Assembly: GCF_009914755.1 (NCBI RefSeq)
Contig: NC_060929.1
Direction: 5' to 3' (one strand)
Origin: the human T2T-CHM13v2.0 reference genome, Homo sapiens
DNA: 64,000 nt
A program made the translations under genes and the position numbers. Below the pieces are notes generated by a model that saw nothing but the letters and a program-made list of their open reading frames with translations, was not told the origin of the DNA and made no database searches. Below, piece by piece: positions 1 to 30,327 of the stretch. Position 1 is the first letter of the stretch. Each line of letters opens with the position of its first letter.

Positions 1-162
1 TCTTTGAAAGAGAAGATGAGCAAACACAAAAATCCAGTGAGTTCAGCAGACCTACAGCCAACTCACTGTCATTCTCTACTGCAGACAAGAAATAAATATC
101 TGATGTTGTAAGCCACTGAAATTTAAGGAATGTTTGTTGCTGCAGCAAAAGCTGACAAATAC
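1..162 (+). mobile_element. 3' end of an MLT1-type MaLR LTR
   Basis: Ends in aagccactgaaattt...gttgctgcagcaaaagctgacaaataca, the typical MLT1 terminus. Confidence 0.6.
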
Positions 163-342
163 AGTCCCTAAACTTTCTTCTAAGTGCTTACTTTTTATTG
201 ACTGATTGGAGAGTGAGTGATGGAAGATCTGGTTCTGGCTCATCTCAATAAGCCCTCTGGGACATAATTATCTCCACATGTTGCAGTCTGCCGATTTTAA
301 AATGTGTGGAACTTAGTGCCTTTTACTTCACTTTTGGCCTTA

Positions 343-1120
<778 letters not shown>

Positions 1121-1129
1121 TTGCATTTT

Positions 1130-4300
<3,171 letters not shown>

Positions 4301-4963
4301 TTTGGATAGAAGAACCTTGTTATTTTGTGATACTGTAAGTCTACTATTATCACATTGCAATTAGAAAATGTGACATATATTATTTCTACTATGTAAATTT
4401 TGTTCAGGGTTTTTGTTTTTTGTTTTGAGACAAGGTCTCACTCTGTCACCCAGGCTGGAGTACAGTAAGGCAATCTTGGCTCCCAGGCTCAAGAGATCCT
4501 CCCACATCAGCCTCCTGAGTAGCTGGGACTACAGGTGTAGACCACCATGGTTAGCTAATTTTTTTCATTTTTTTGCAGAGACAGTATCTCCCTATATTGC
4601 CCAGGCTGGTCTCAAACTCCTGGGCTCAAGCGATCTGTCCACCTGGGCCTTCCAAAGTGCTGGGATTACAGGTGTGAGCCACTGCACCTGGCCTGATTGT
4701 TTGATATAATAGACATATCTGGTCTTGGTTCTATGATTTTCTTTTATGTTTTCTGTTTTCATAATTTAATTCTTTCACAATGTAATTTGTTTTCTTTGCT
4801 TTTTTGGTAATTCCAGTATTTGCAGAAGTTTGTGTTTTTGTGACATTTTATAATTAAAAATGATTACTTTAGAAAATATGTGTTTCTCAGCCTGTAATCC
4901 CAGCACTTTGGGAGGCCGAAGTGGGTGGATCACAAAGTCAGGAGATCGAGACCATCGTGGCTA

Positions 4964-8100
<3,137 letters not shown>

Positions 8101-8134
8101 TCTCAGGAGTCTATGGGAGGATGTGGCTTTACTA

Positions 8135-8578
<444 letters not shown>

Positions 8579-8674
8579 TCACCTATCCTGACTAGAACCC
8601 ATTGGGAAGCTGCAGGAAAGATTTCTTTACAGAGAAGGAACTGACTGAGTGCCTAATGTATTTGATCTTACTGA

Positions 8675-9245
<571 letters not shown>

Positions 9246-9891
9246 TGAAAAATAGACTTGTATACCAAGGCCAGTGTGTGTGTGTCTGTGTGTGTGTGTG
9301 TGTGTGTAAGAGCCCATATTAATTCTTCATCTCCCATACTGTGAAATCACTAGATAACACCCAAAAGGGGAAATTCAAGAAGTGGTATTATAAGCATATT
9401 ATTTAGAGACATGGTAAGTATCAAAAGAATGAGCAAAAGTAGTTAAAAGCATTGATCTGGGAAATGGGAAATTGAAGTGGGATGTAGGCGGGGTGACTGG
9501 TTGGGATGGTGAGGAGCAGCTGGGATTTTTCTTTATAACAAACTATGGAATTTTTTGACTCTACACTGTGTGTGTATATAATTTTTGGAAAAAAGAAACA
9601 AAATGAGAGTGATCACTTCTAATATGAGGTTATAGGAAAAAAAAAAGAATGTATAGCCAACTAGTTAAATACTGCCAAGAAAACAGGAAAGGAGCCATTA
9701 TTACATTTGCTAGCATGGGCCCATTGGTGACACTCGAACAACTTCATTCCACTAATAGGAATTAAAACAGATAGAGATAAACATTAACCACACTTAACTA
9801 ACATTTTCCCCAAGTATTGCAGATATTTTGTAACATACTTAATTATAAATGTGTTACTTTCATTTTTATGGGTATTCCTTCATCGTACTGA

Positions 9892-10095
<204 letters not shown>

Positions 10096-10203
10096 TAGCT
10101 GGGACTACAGGCACGCGCCACCATGTCCAGCTGATTTTTGTATTTGTATTTGTATTTGTATGTATGTATGTATGTATTTACTTATTTATTTATTTATTTT
10201 TGA

Positions 10204-10553
<350 letters not shown>

Positions 10554-12414
10554 TGATCTGCCTGCCTCAGCCTCCCAAAGTTCTGGGATTACAGGCGTGG
10601 GCCACTGTGCCCAGCTTATTTCCTTTTCATGGTAAATAATTTTAGTTTGTTGGGTTTTGTTTGTTTTGTTTTGTTTTTGAGACAGCTCTGTTGCCCAGGC
10701 TGGAGTGCAGTGGCGTGATCTTGGCTCACTGCAACCTTGGCTTCTTTGGGTTCAAGCGATTCTCCTGCCTCAGCCTCCCAAGTCGCAGGGATTACAGGTG
10801 CCCACCACCATGCCTGGCTAATTTTGTATTTTTAGTAGAGACAGGGTTTCACTATGATGGGCAGGCTGGTCTCGAACTCCCAACCTCAGGTGATGCGCCT
10901 GCCTCAGCCTCCCAAAGTGTTGGGATTACAGGCGTGAGCCACCGGGCCCAGCCTGGTTTTTTATTAATTACAGGTTATTCACGGCCATTCTCTCTAAAGT
11001 CAATTAATTAGTTGTAGAAAGCTTCAAAGTAAGCTAGAGATGAGTTATCCTTTGCTTAGGGGAAGGATTCCATTACTGGTATGTTGGAATTAGAAAGGCA
11101 CTGGTCTAGATGAAGACAGGGATATTCAGATACACATTTACAGTATTTCCTGCTCTCCCAGACCAAATTAACATTCCACTGTCGCTAAGAAGAGAAAGAG
11201 AGGAGAGACCACACAGGAAGACATGAGCAGAGAAAGAGCATCGGTGTTGGTCAGGAACAAGGAAGCCTCCTGTCAGTGGAGGTCAGCTCCCAGAGGCTGT
11301 TCAGTCTCCATGTATGAGAGGGCGGTTCACTGCTCCGCTGAGGTGCCTTGCTAATTGTCCTTGTCTGGCGACTCTCCCCTATCCCACTCACAGAGCGGTT
11401 AGCATACCACACATTGCTTGTCTATCAGAAACGGCAACCCCCTTTCCCAGCAAAGCTTTTTCCACCTCCCTACCCGGCAGCTCTTCGTACTCACCTGGCC
11501 CTCCCTAGCCTGATAGCTCTCACCAGAACAAGACTGGGCCAGACAGAAGCTGGGTGCCATCTCCCACTGAGCAGGGCTATGGGGGAAGACACCTTCCATT
11601 GCAATCACAACTGGGTTGGGCTATCAGTAGAAAGCAGAACATAAGGGCAGGAAAGGATGGAGGAGGGCCACATTTACTTCTCAGCTCACATTTCACAAAA
11701 CACTGCCAAGCTCTGCAAATTCTACGTTCAGAAATTCCACCCAGGACCCTGGCCTCCAGGTAAGGAGGATAGGAAGGGCCAGTCCTAGATACCGCCTTGT
11801 CCATCTGCACGCTGGTGAGTGAAACAGTGTCTTTACAAGGTGACTACTTTATACCATTAGTTTTATTCTTATTATTCAGTTTTTTAAAAAACTCATTTCA
11901 TTACCTAAAAAAAAACAAAGAAATATTTCAGGTATATAACCACCAAAGTTGGCTGAAAATATTTCTTATTCTTCCCTTTTTAGCATTACATGTTGGATAA
12001 GATTACAACCAGCTCGAGTCCAAATGTGATTTAGAACATTTTCAGTTCCAAAGAATGATGAAGTATGAAGTAATTTGTTTTGGGCTAACAAACTAATTTC
12101 AGCTGAATTAATGGTAAAATTTTTTTAATTACCCAAATATGTTTTTAAAAAAAAACCAAACTGCAGAAACTCACTTATTTGTAAGAACATCCAAGCACTG
12201 TTAATTCCAAGCACTGTCATCTTAGATCTAATGCTTTTTGTACATAGCATCGATTTCTGAGGTTGCAAGTGCTTACCTAAGCCAAACTTAGACAACAGGG
12301 CAACAACTTAGTGCTTTGAAACATTCTATAAATTTTTCTAAACATCACTAACACTTGCTTTAATGTTAATCTTTTTTCGAACTCTTAAAGACTAAAAAGT
12401 GAATTGTAATTTTA

Positions 12415-12774
<360 letters not shown>

Positions 12775-12906
12775 TCAAAAATTAGTCTTTAAACTCAATA
12801 CTATATTTTCTTAAGAATCCATTAAGTCTTCAGAATTCAAAGATTAAAGACACTTGGAAATTGAATCTAAGTTTTAAGTGAAAATAAAAAATGCCTATAA
12901 TTTTTA

Positions 12907-13086
<180 letters not shown>

Positions 13087-13129
13087 TTAGCCGGGCATGG
13101 TGGCACATGCCTAAAATCCTAGCTACTCA

Positions 13130-13234
<105 letters not shown>

Positions 13235-14172
13235 TCAAAAAAAATAAAGAAAAAAGAAAAACTTTAGAGAATCAGGCACACCCTCTGACATTTTAAGATA
13301 CTTAATCATTGCTTTATGAAAAGATACAACGTGTGACTGAAAACATTAGATTGTCTTGAATCGAAACATGGATTTAATGATATTGAATGGACAAATGCCC
13401 CTTAAGGGCATTTGAGTCTCACTACAGCATAGCAGCTGCCCTGAGCAAAGCAAAAGCCAGGTTTAGCAATACCTCATGCAAAAATAATTTAGGGAATGTA
13501 GCCAGCAGTTCTATCAGTCTACGCCAAATTTGAGGTCTCCACCAAAAAAGAAAGAAAGAAAAAAAAGGCCAATATGATACTGGTCAGTATTAACAGAAAA
13601 ATATATGATAGTCACTCTCTGCCTACTGAGAAGCATGATATTCAATTCTGGATGTAGATAACTATTTTTATTTTATTTATTTTTTTATTTTTTGGAGACA
13701 GAGTTTCACTCTTGTTGCCCAGGCTGGAGTGCAATGGGCATGATCTTAGATCACCGCAACCTCCGCCTCCCAGGTTCAAGCGATTCTCCTGCCTCAGCCT
13801 CCCAAGTAGCTGGGATTACAGGCATGCACCACCACGCCCAGCTAATTTTTGTATTTTCAGTAGAGACAGGTTTTCTCCATGTCGGTCAGGCTGGTCTCGA
13901 ACTCCCAGCCTCGGGTGATCCGCCCATCTTGGCCTCCCAAAGTGCTGGGATTACAGGTGTGAGCCATCGTGTCTGGCCCAGATAACTATTTCTAAAAAGA
14001 TATAACTTCAGGCCAGACACAGTGGCTCATATCTGTAACCCCAGCACTTTGGGAGGCTGAGATGGGTAGATTGCTTTGAGCCCAAGAGTTTGAGACCAGC
14101 CTGGGCAACAATGGCGAAACCCTGTCTACAAAAATACAAAAAATTAGCTGGCATTGGTGGCTTATGCTTCTA

Positions 14173-14352
<180 letters not shown>

Positions 14353-14511
14353 TCACTCCTGTAATCCCAGCACTTTGGGAGGCCGAGGCAGGCGGATCAC
14401 GAAGTCAGGATTTCGAGACCATCCTGGCTAACATGGTGAAATCCCGTGTCTACTAAAAATACAAAAAATTAGCCAGGCATGGTGGCACATGCCTGTAGTC
14501 CCAGCTACTCA

Positions 14512-14697
<186 letters not shown>

Positions 14698-14874
14698 TCA
14701 AAATGCATCAGGAGACTGAAGGGCCTTGACACATGTCAAGCAAGGAACAGTTGAAAAAACTAACCTGAAGAGCTTTGAAAATAGTCATCTCAGTTATGCT
14801 GGCTGCCTTTCCATTTGTGAAGGGTATTTTGTGGGAAATAGACTAGACTTAGCCTGCATTGCCTCAGGATGTAG

Positions 14875-15117
<243 letters not shown>

Positions 15118-16198
15118 TAGTAGAGACAAGGTTTGGCCACGTTGGCCAGGCTGGTCTCAAACTCCTGATCTCAGGTGATCCACCCTCCTCGGCCTCCGAA
15201 AGTGCTGGGATTAAGGCATGAGCCACCGTGCCCAGCAGGTTTAATTTTCAAAATATCATTTTATTAATGTTTTCCAAACATAAAATGAGTTGCTACAGAA
15301 AATAGTGAGTCCCAGTCTCCAAGTCTGTTGAAACAGGCTGCAAGACTCTAGGCAAGGAAACTTAAACATAAGGTATGACTTTAATGAGATGATTTTTAAA
15401 GTCATCTCTAATGTCCAATGTGAAGATTTTAGGATTTCAGAGCAATAATGTAAATGTTCTAGTCTCCTCAAAATGTAATGGAGGTGGCTGGGCGTGGTGG
15501 TTTACACCTGTAATCCCAGCACTTTGGGAGGCTGAGGAGGGCAGATCACCCGAAGACGGGAGTTTGAGGCCAGCCTGGCCAACATGGTGAAACCCCATCT
15601 CTACTAAAAATACAAAAATTAACTGGGTGTGGTGGCACACATCTGTAATCCCAGCTACTCAGGAGGCTGAGACACAAGAATCACTTGAACCCTGGAGATG
15701 GGAGGTTGTAGTGAGCTGAGATCACGCCACTGCACTCTAGCCTGGGCAACAGAGTGAGACCCCATCTAAAAAATATATAATAATAATAAAATAAAATAAT
15801 AATAATAATAATAATAATGGAGGTGTCTCATATGATACTTGGAGGTGCAAGCAATGCCTTCCACTTGAATATCCAGAGATTATCAGCAAGTTCAGTGTAT
15901 ATCCCTTGGGCCATCTCCCCTAATATGTTAGGAATCACCCAAAACACTTCATTTCAAGGGGAGTCCTGCTTGCTTATGTCTCACTGCCAAAGCCCAAACT
16001 CAGATGCTCAGCCTCTGTGTACCTCATTCCCATCATGCCCCTTGCTCTTGCCCTGGGGACATCCATAACCAGAGACGGTTGCTCTAAAGTAGAAGGAACC
16101 CCCATGCTGCTGTCACTGCAGCCAGAGGGAGGAGCAACGCCCACTATGGTCTGGTCAGTCACAGGGCTTGAACCTCTAATTGGAGAGTCTTTTAGATT

Positions 16199-16916
16199 TG
16201 TCAAAAGAAAACCAGCCTGGCGCGGTGGCTCACACCTGTAATCCCAGCACTTTGGGAGGCCAAGGCGGGCGCATCACAAGGTCAGGAGTTGAAGACCAGC
16301 CTGACCAACATGGTGAAACCTCGTCTCTACTAAAAGTACAAAAAATTAGCCAAGTGTGGTGGAACATGCCTATAGTCCCAGCTACTCAGGAGGCTGAGGC
16401 AGGAGAATGGCTTGAACCCAGGAGGCAGAGGAGTTGCAGTGAGTCCAAGATTGTGCCACTACACTCCAGCCTGGGCAACAGAGCAAGACTCTGTCTCCAA
16501 AAAAAAAAAGAAAGAAAGAAAAAAGAAAACCTTTAGACAAATTAAATTTAATAGAGTTTACTTGATCAAAGAAAGATTTATGAATTGGGCATCACTCAAA
16601 ACCAGAAGAGGTCTGTTCCAGCAGTATGAGCAGCTAACACTGAAACAAAGTGAAGAAATTGCCTGATTGATTTCAGCTAGATGTTTGCCATATTTGGGCA
16701 TAGTGTGATGGAGCATTTGCCTTATTTGGTTATGCTCCCATGGGAGGTCCCAAGTTGTATGACCAATCAGCTGGTTAACTGTTTGTGACTGGCTAAGTCT
16801 CACTTTTGTTTTTATTTTGTTTTGTTAGCTACAAGAAACGTTTCCAAGTTAAGTTCATTTGCAGAGCTCCAGTTCCAGATACGCTTAGGTTAATGCCCTC
16901 CTTATTTGCTTTCACA
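16199..16916 (-). mobile_element. ERV1 MER4-group LTR (MER67-like) with Alu insertion 16214-16529
   Basis: TG...CA termini; ctttagacaaattaaatttaatagagtttacttgatcaaag motif; family assignment from memory. Confidence 0.55.
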
Positions 16917-17171
16917 GACCCAATCACACAGCCAGTCCCCCACACAGCAAGCTAAATTCTAGTATATACGTCCCTAAGGTATATGGGGAGGACATGTATA
17001 TTTGAGTATATGTGTCCTCAAATATCCTTGTACCTTAACAAGACTTCTGAAATCACAGAGAAAACAAGGCTAAGGTTATCTTTATAAAGCTCTTTTGGAT
17101 TTGATCCATTTCTTGAATGAGACTTCCTCCCAAAGTCCATGCCCCGTCCCAAAGGGGAAAGCATTTTCTTT

Positions 17172-17172
<1 letters not shown>

Positions 17173-17217
<45 letters not shown>
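17173..17217. repeat. (TG)n microsatellite in an Alu tail
   Basis: Direct reading; a second (TG)n lies at about 9275-9307. Confidence 0.95.
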
Positions 17218-17218
<1 letters not shown>

Positions 17219-18646
17219 AGTCTCGTTCTGTCGCCCAGGCTGGAGTGCAGTGGTGCAATCTCAGCTCAATCAATGCAACCTCTGCTGCCCGGGTTCAAGC
17301 AATTCTCGTGCCTCAGCCTGCTGAGTAGCTGGGATTACAGGCATGCACCACCACACCTGGCTAATATTTTGTATATTTTTAGTAAAGATGGGGTTTCGCC
17401 ATGTTGCCCAGGCTGGTTTTGAACTCCTGAGCTCAGGCAATCCGCCCACCTCAACCTTCCAAAGTGCTGGGATTACAGGCATGAGACACCACGCCCCGCT
17501 GAGCAAAGCATTTTCAAGGCCCTGGAGTCCAGTTTCCCCTTCAAGGGTGTTGTGGATACCCTGGAATTTTCTGCCAAATTGCCATAAGAAGCTCACTTTC
17601 TGGACCTTCATGGGCCCCCTCCCTGGTCCATTCTCCTGAGAATGGGCCACACCACTGGTGTGCTTGCTTCTGGGTCCAAGGGGTGGGCAAGAATTTAGGT
17701 GGAGTTTGGACACATGGATGAGAAGTTCCCACAGATGCACACTTGTCTGTCCCATGGTCAGGAAAGAGCTGAGAGTTGGAGAGGAAAGTGTCTAGGCCAG
17801 AAGGGGCCTGGAGCTGGGAATGGACCAGCTCTGTCTGCCTCCCCCAGCTGGGGCAGACAGTGAGTTTGAGAATTCTGAATTGGTAATAGAGTTTCAGGTC
17901 CTTCTGAGGGTAGATATTCTGGATATAAATAATGCAGCCCTAAGCACCCTCGCACAAATGTAATTGGAATGTTCCTAAATTCCCTTGCCTTCTGGATTAG
18001 CTTTTTCTTCACCATCCTAAGAAAACACATATGTTGTGACCCCACATAAGTGCAGAAAGCCCAGCACTCATCCAGAAGTTCTCCAGGAGGGTCTCTGTCA
18101 CCTAGCACCAATTCCTTCTGCTCATGTTTTCAGGTCTTCTCCAGATGGTCTTTATGTGTGCCTATTTCCCCCACCTTTCACTTCCAACATAAGCATGAGC
18201 TCCAGACATCACCATCTTTAGGCTTTTATGTGCTATAGATTTTCATGGAAATTCTGGGGAAAATAAAATTTAATTGCTTGCAAAAAAAAAAAAAAAAATA
18301 GGGCTGATCAATCATCGCTGGCCCTCCAGTTCATGAATCTTTCTCAGCCACAGGGAACTTGCTATTTTTTATCCCTTGCCAAAGCTCCCAGTTGCTTCCA
18401 TGATACTGGGGTCCACCTTCTCTTCCTGAGAGGTTTTCTCCAATCTTCTCTTGATTCGTAGTTCAAGGGCCTCTACCACTTGATGTGTCAAAGCCCAATC
18501 TGAAAATTCCCATTTGTTATTCAGAGGCACTTACCTAACTTTTTTCCAACCTATCCCAGGACTGGCCCAGGACCTTGTTTCTTACAACCAAAGGGTATAT
18601 TAAGGTATGACAAAATTAAAAGCAGGGGGCCAGGTGCAATGGTTCA

Positions 18647-19057
<411 letters not shown>

Positions 19058-19506
19058 TTAAGAGACTGCTTGTCCTCTATTGAGGCCAGGTGCAAATTTT
19101 CTTCCCGTTACACACAAGTCTTTTTTCTTAGCTTGATTATTTTCTTAGACTGGATCCCCAGAAATAAACCACTGAGACAAGGGTACGAACATTTGTTCAA
19201 CTCTTTCAGACATATTATCAAGTTCTGCTGCAGCTCCTTTGACTCAGTTTATGGTAAATTCTCCTTGACTTGATTCCGGCATTTTACTGGCCACTCAACT
19301 TACTTTGCTCATGTTTGTATTCACAAGGTTTTAGTGAAATAAAAATTGTTCCCTGCCACATTCTACCCCAACAAAAAAGAAAAAAAAATCTATAGACTCC
19401 TGTGGGAGATGATCATGGAGCTCACCCTTGTCTTGTTTGCTGGCAATAATGGGAATGTTTCTGGCATTTCCCCATTAAATATAATGTTGCCCCTTGGTTG
19501 GTTTGA

Positions 19507-20249
<743 letters not shown>

Positions 20250-20332
20250 TAGCCAACATGGTAAAGCCTCATCTCTTAAAAAATAATAATAATAAAATAA
20301 AATCAGGTCAAGAAGAGATTCATCTTGTTCTA

Positions 20333-20710
<378 letters not shown>

Positions 20711-22016
20711 TCATCCTGTCCAAGTACCCATCTGATATGCAAGTCTGCGTTTTAACATTTCTACCAAGTGGCCACCCATCCAACCTCTGTCTGTCTAAAT
20801 GCTAGTAATGGTGTTGCCAATTTTCTTTGCCCTCCTATAGCATCTACACACTGTTTCTAGTTTTATCCCTTGGGTGATCACAATAAACCTAATGCATTCT
20901 ATTTCCTCTGCCTAGAATGCTTTTTTCACCTTTACAAGATACATTCATGCTAATTTATTTATTTTTTTATTTATTTTTGAGACAGAGTCTCACTCTATAG
21001 CCCAGTCTGGGGTGCAGTGGTGCTATCTCAACCCACTGCAACCTCCAAACTCCATCTCCTGGGTTCAAGCAATTCTCCTGCCTCAGCCTCCTGAGTAGCT
21101 GGGTTTACAGGCCCGCGCTACCATGCCTGGCTAATTTTTGAGTTTTTAGTAGAGATGGGGTTTCGTCATGGTGGCCAGGCTGGTCTCTAACTCCTGGCCT
21201 CAAGTGATCCACCTGCCTCGGCCTCCCAAAGTGATCGGATTACAGGCGTAAGCCACCATGCCTGGCCCATATTAATCTTTTAAAATAAAATAAAATTCGA
21301 TCTCTTCCAAAAGAAAAAAAGCAGACTTCAGCCAAAACTGTGCCTCAGGAGGAGTCAGGTTGAGATGCCTCTTGCTGCCCCTGCAGACCCTGAACACTGG
21401 TACTGCTGCCACCACCGGACTGGATTCTAACTCACCCTACTTCTGTGCATTACCTACTCCTGACTCAGAGTCCCAGGGAAGGGTCTCTGGTTAGCCAAGT
21501 TTGGGTCAGAACCAGCACTACGGCACCCAGGGTTAGGAAAAGTAAGTGCCTGGCTTTCCAGTGGGAGCACATTTTCTACCAAGATTCATACAAACTCTCT
21601 ACCCCAGAATAGGGTGCTGATGCTAAGTAGGCAAGAATAGAAACCACAAATGTCTACTCTCCATCTATTCTATTTTTCCTTAAAAATTTCACCGGGAGTC
21701 AATGTTGATTACCTTTTCAGTATTTGAAATGATAATATTATTTTTTGCATCAGATTGATTACTAAAGTAACTACATTGATAGATTTCCTAATGTTCAGCC
21801 ATCCTCCCATTCTTGCAATAAAATTCATTTGGTGGTGTTACTGTATTCTTTTAATATACAGCTGCATTCTATTTGCCAATATTTAGGATTTTTCATGGAT
21901 AATTCATAAGTGAGATTGGCGTGTATAATCCTTTTCAGGAATTAGTATCTAAATTTTGATTCCATTGTAAATAGTTTGGATGATTTTCTTCCCTCTCTAT
22001 TCTCTGGAGCAGTTTA

Positions 22017-24952
<2,936 letters not shown>

Positions 24953-24963
24953 AAAAAATAAAT

Positions 24964-25445
<482 letters not shown>

Positions 25446-25557
25446 AACATGACATGTTCCTTGAAGATTTGAAAGTATTTACCTGTGAAATTTATCCAGG
25501 ACTGGTGTTCATTTGAATAAGAAGTTCTTTGATAATTTTAAAAATAAAATCCTAGAA

Positions 25558-25708
25558 CAGTAGTTTTCAAGGTATAGTCCTCAGACCAGCAGCCTTGGCA
25601 CCACCTGGAAACAGACCTACTGAATCAGAAACTCTGTGGTGGGTCCCAGCAAATGGAATTTTAGCAGCCCAGATGATTCTGCCGTGTGTTTATGTTTAAG
25701 AACCACTG
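25558..25708. mobile_element. MER5A hAT-Charlie DNA transposon
   Basis: cagtagttttcaa...ttaagaaccactg terminal inverted repeats, agacctactgaatcagaaactctg core, degenerate 8-bp TSD tcctagaa/agctagaa. Confidence 0.85.
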
Positions 25709-26130
25709 AGCTAGAAATATAACCGGATTACTCAAAAACTTGAGGGAATAGGCTGGGTGCGGTGGCTCATGCCTGTAATCCTAGCACTTTGGGAGGCTGA
25801 GGTGGGTGGATTGCATGAGCTCAGGAGTCCGAGACCAGCCTGGGCAACACAGTGAAACCCCATGTCTACTAAAATACAAACTATTAGCCAGGCTTGGTGG
25901 TGGGCACCTGTAATCCCAGCTATTTGGGAGGCTGAGGCAAGAGAATCACTTAAACCCAGGAGGCGGAGGTTGTAGTGAGCTGAGATTGCGCCACTGCCCT
26001 CCAGCCTGGGTGACAGAGTGAGACTTCCTCTCAAAAAAAAAAAAAAAAAAAAACTCAGGGGAACGTGGCTGAACCAAAAACTAAGGGCAGACTGGGCACG
26101 GTGGCTCGCACCTGTGATCCGAGCACTTTA

Positions 26131-26457
<327 letters not shown>

Positions 26458-26479
26458 TCACAGCAATACAATCATGTGG

Positions 26480-26937
26480 TTTTGATGGGTTTTCTAAATC
26501 AGGACCCTGCTCTGTAGTGGGCACATGATATTCCAGACATTCTAATGTCTTATTTATCTGGCTTTAGCGAGTGTTCCAGACAGGGGCATGCATCCCAAGT
26601 CAGGGCAATTAGAGTTTTGCCCAGGATTTACATTTGGATATGGAGGAGAAAGTGCTTTGCTTTTTGCATTATGGAGGTGGGACAGACGTTAACTGAGTAA
26701 TATTATCGATAATTCCCCTGCCAGGTGGAAAAAGCCCACCTACAGGAAGAGAGTAAGTCCAGAACAATGAAAAAAACTAAGTTGAAAGACCTAAGAAGCT
26801 CATTTGAGAACCTGTATCTGTCATCCTGAAACCAGTCACACCCCGAATTTACCAGTTACACAAGCCAATAAACTCTTGTATGCTCAGACTATTTTGAGTT
26901 TCTGTCACTTCTAACAGAAAGCATGCTGGCTGCTACA
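26480..26937 (+). mobile_element. Old MLT1-type MaLR LTR
   Basis: aagccaataaactc...gagtttctgtcactt...gctgctaca 3' terminus; 5' boundary approximate. Confidence 0.55.
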
Positions 26938-26982
26938 CCACAAATAAAGAGTAAATAGAAGGTATTAAACTAATAATCATAA

Positions 26983-27244
<262 letters not shown>

Positions 27245-27992
27245 TGATCTGCTCACCTCAGCCTCCCAAAGTGCTGGGATTACAGACATGAGCCACTACT
27301 CCCAGCTGCATTACTATTTTGACAGCACAAAAGTGTTCTATCTAAATTATACTTTCATATTACTTTACACCTTAAAATATTGCATAACTGGCTAAATAAT
27401 TTTGGCTTTTTTATGTTGTTGGTCCATAAACTTGCATTTTTTCCTGAACCCAAGCCATTACTTCCAGCTTTCGCCAGTGGGCTATAATACTTTTGTTCCC
27501 TTGCCGCTGGCAGCTGCCACAAAAAAAAAAAATATCAACTCTAAACTGCCAACACCTTTGGGAATTTGTTCACTTGAAAGGAAATCGAATATGGCCAGTA
27601 TTGGCAGCTCTCTTTCCTGGTTGGCTTAACCATAAGGAAAACCCTGACACATAGGACGCACTAAATAAATACTCATTGAATAAATAAAATGAAAACCCAT
27701 GTCGGCCAGGTGCAGTGGCTCATGCCTGTAATCCCAGCACTTTGGGAGGCTGAGGCGGGCGGATCACCTGAGGTCAACAGTTCGAGACCAGCCTGGCCAA
27801 CATGTGAAAATCCGTCTCTACCAAAAATACAAAAATTAGCCAGGTGTGGTGGCGCGTGTCTGTATTTCCAGCAACTCAGGAGACAGAGACAGGAGAATTG
27901 CTTGAATCTCGGAGGCAGAGTTTGCAGTGAGCCAAGATTGCACCACTGCACTCCAGGCTGGGCGACAGAGTGAGACTCTGTCTCAAAAAAAC

Positions 27993-28024
<32 letters not shown>

Positions 28025-28025
28025 G

Positions 28026-28064
<39 letters not shown>

Positions 28065-28742
28065 AAACCCATATGTTCATGAAGATCATGGCAATAAATA
28101 AATAAATAAATGAAAAGAGAACCCAGAAAAACTTAACATTATTTTAAAGCACTGAGGATTTTATTTCTGCCATTATTCATGAATTTAGAAAATTTATTCT
28201 TTTTGGCAAATATGAAGTGTCAGGGATAAGTGTAGTTACAGTAACAGAGTTTGGATCATGGGGTTGTTAAGCCTTCAGCCAGCTCAACAAGAACACCTGT
28301 GCCAATTGCACACCCCTGTGCTTGGGCTTGTCAGGTTGTAGGTGAGCTATGAGCATTCAGCTGGTGCTGCTTATCTCTGACCCAACTTCACCCTCTCAGC
28401 TGTCCAAGTGGATTAGTATATCGTCTTGGCTCCTGGTCAAGGCTGGCTTAAATGTGTATTTCTGAAATGTTTATGGCCAGTGAGATTCCTGCCTGAGTGA
28501 TGCTAAGCACATTACTCTGCTGAGGTATCACCCCTAATAGGATATACATTCCAATGAAAAGTAACCTCTGGGAGAGCCATTCGTTCCACTTGCAGTACCT
28601 GAAAGATTCCCTCCACATTGTTGTGGTTTTCTCTGTGTTTCCAGCATTTTTGAAAATTGACCTTGTTAAGAAAAGAACAGGCCGGGCGCAGTGGCTCACC
28701 CCTGTAATCCCAGCACTTTGGGAGGCCGAGGCAGGCGGATCA

Positions 28743-29636
<894 letters not shown>

Positions 29637-29745
29637 CTTTAAGTGGTTGAGAAACAAACAGTTAAATTGTTTATTATGAAAATATACAAGTTCCAATTTG
29701 ACAAAATAAAGTGTCAAAGCAGTCAGTGATGGAGCTGATACATAC

Positions 29746-29869
29746 CCGGGAGGTTTTGGCATGCCCTAAAGATGCTGTTTGCTTTCTCTATGCATTTACC
29801 AAATGAGATGTGTATCTTTTGAATAGTGTAGCACATCGATTTGGATGTGAAAAGCTTTTGGAATGTAAA
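29746..29869 (-). pseudogene. Candidate 124-bp internal exon of the decayed gene
   Basis: gtcctttttgtgtcttAG acceptor and CGG|GTATGT donor; phase-0 frame fully open (FTFQKLFTSKSMCYTIQKIHISFGKCIEKANSIFRACQNLP); 109-bp intron to the next acceptor. Confidence 0.6.
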
Positions 29870-30253
29870 CTAAGACACAAAAAGGACACCTCTTCCCACA
29901 GAGTATTTTACATAGATGTGTACTATTACCAAAGATAAACTAACTCTTTATTTATTTTTTTATTTATTTTGAGATAGAGTTTCGCTCTTGTAGCCCAGGC
30001 TAGAGTGCAATGGCGCGATCTCGGCTCACGGCAAACTCCGCCTCCCGGATTTAAGTGATTCTCCTGCCTCAGCCTTCTGAGTAGCTGGAATTACAGGGGC
30101 TTGCCACCACGAACAGCTAATTTTTGTATTTTTAGTAGAGGCAGGGTTTCACCATGTTGGCCAGGCTGGTCTCAAACTGCTGATCTCAGGTGATCCGCCC
30201 GCCTCGGCTTCTCAAAGTGCTGGGATTACAGGCGTGAGTCCCCGCGCCCAGCC

Positions 30254-30299
<46 letters not shown>

Positions 30300-30327
30300 A
30301 TTATTATTATTATTATTATTATTATTG
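30254..30327. repeat. Compound (GAT)n(TAT)n microsatellite in an Alu tail
   Basis: Direct reading; source of the poly-M/I and poly-N/H ORFs. Confidence 0.97.

Noticed and set aside
17500-18300. Unique-looking stretch ending in AATAAA and an A run (18262-18298)
   Set aside because: No recognisable parent gene, coherent frame or TSD; may be an old repeat.
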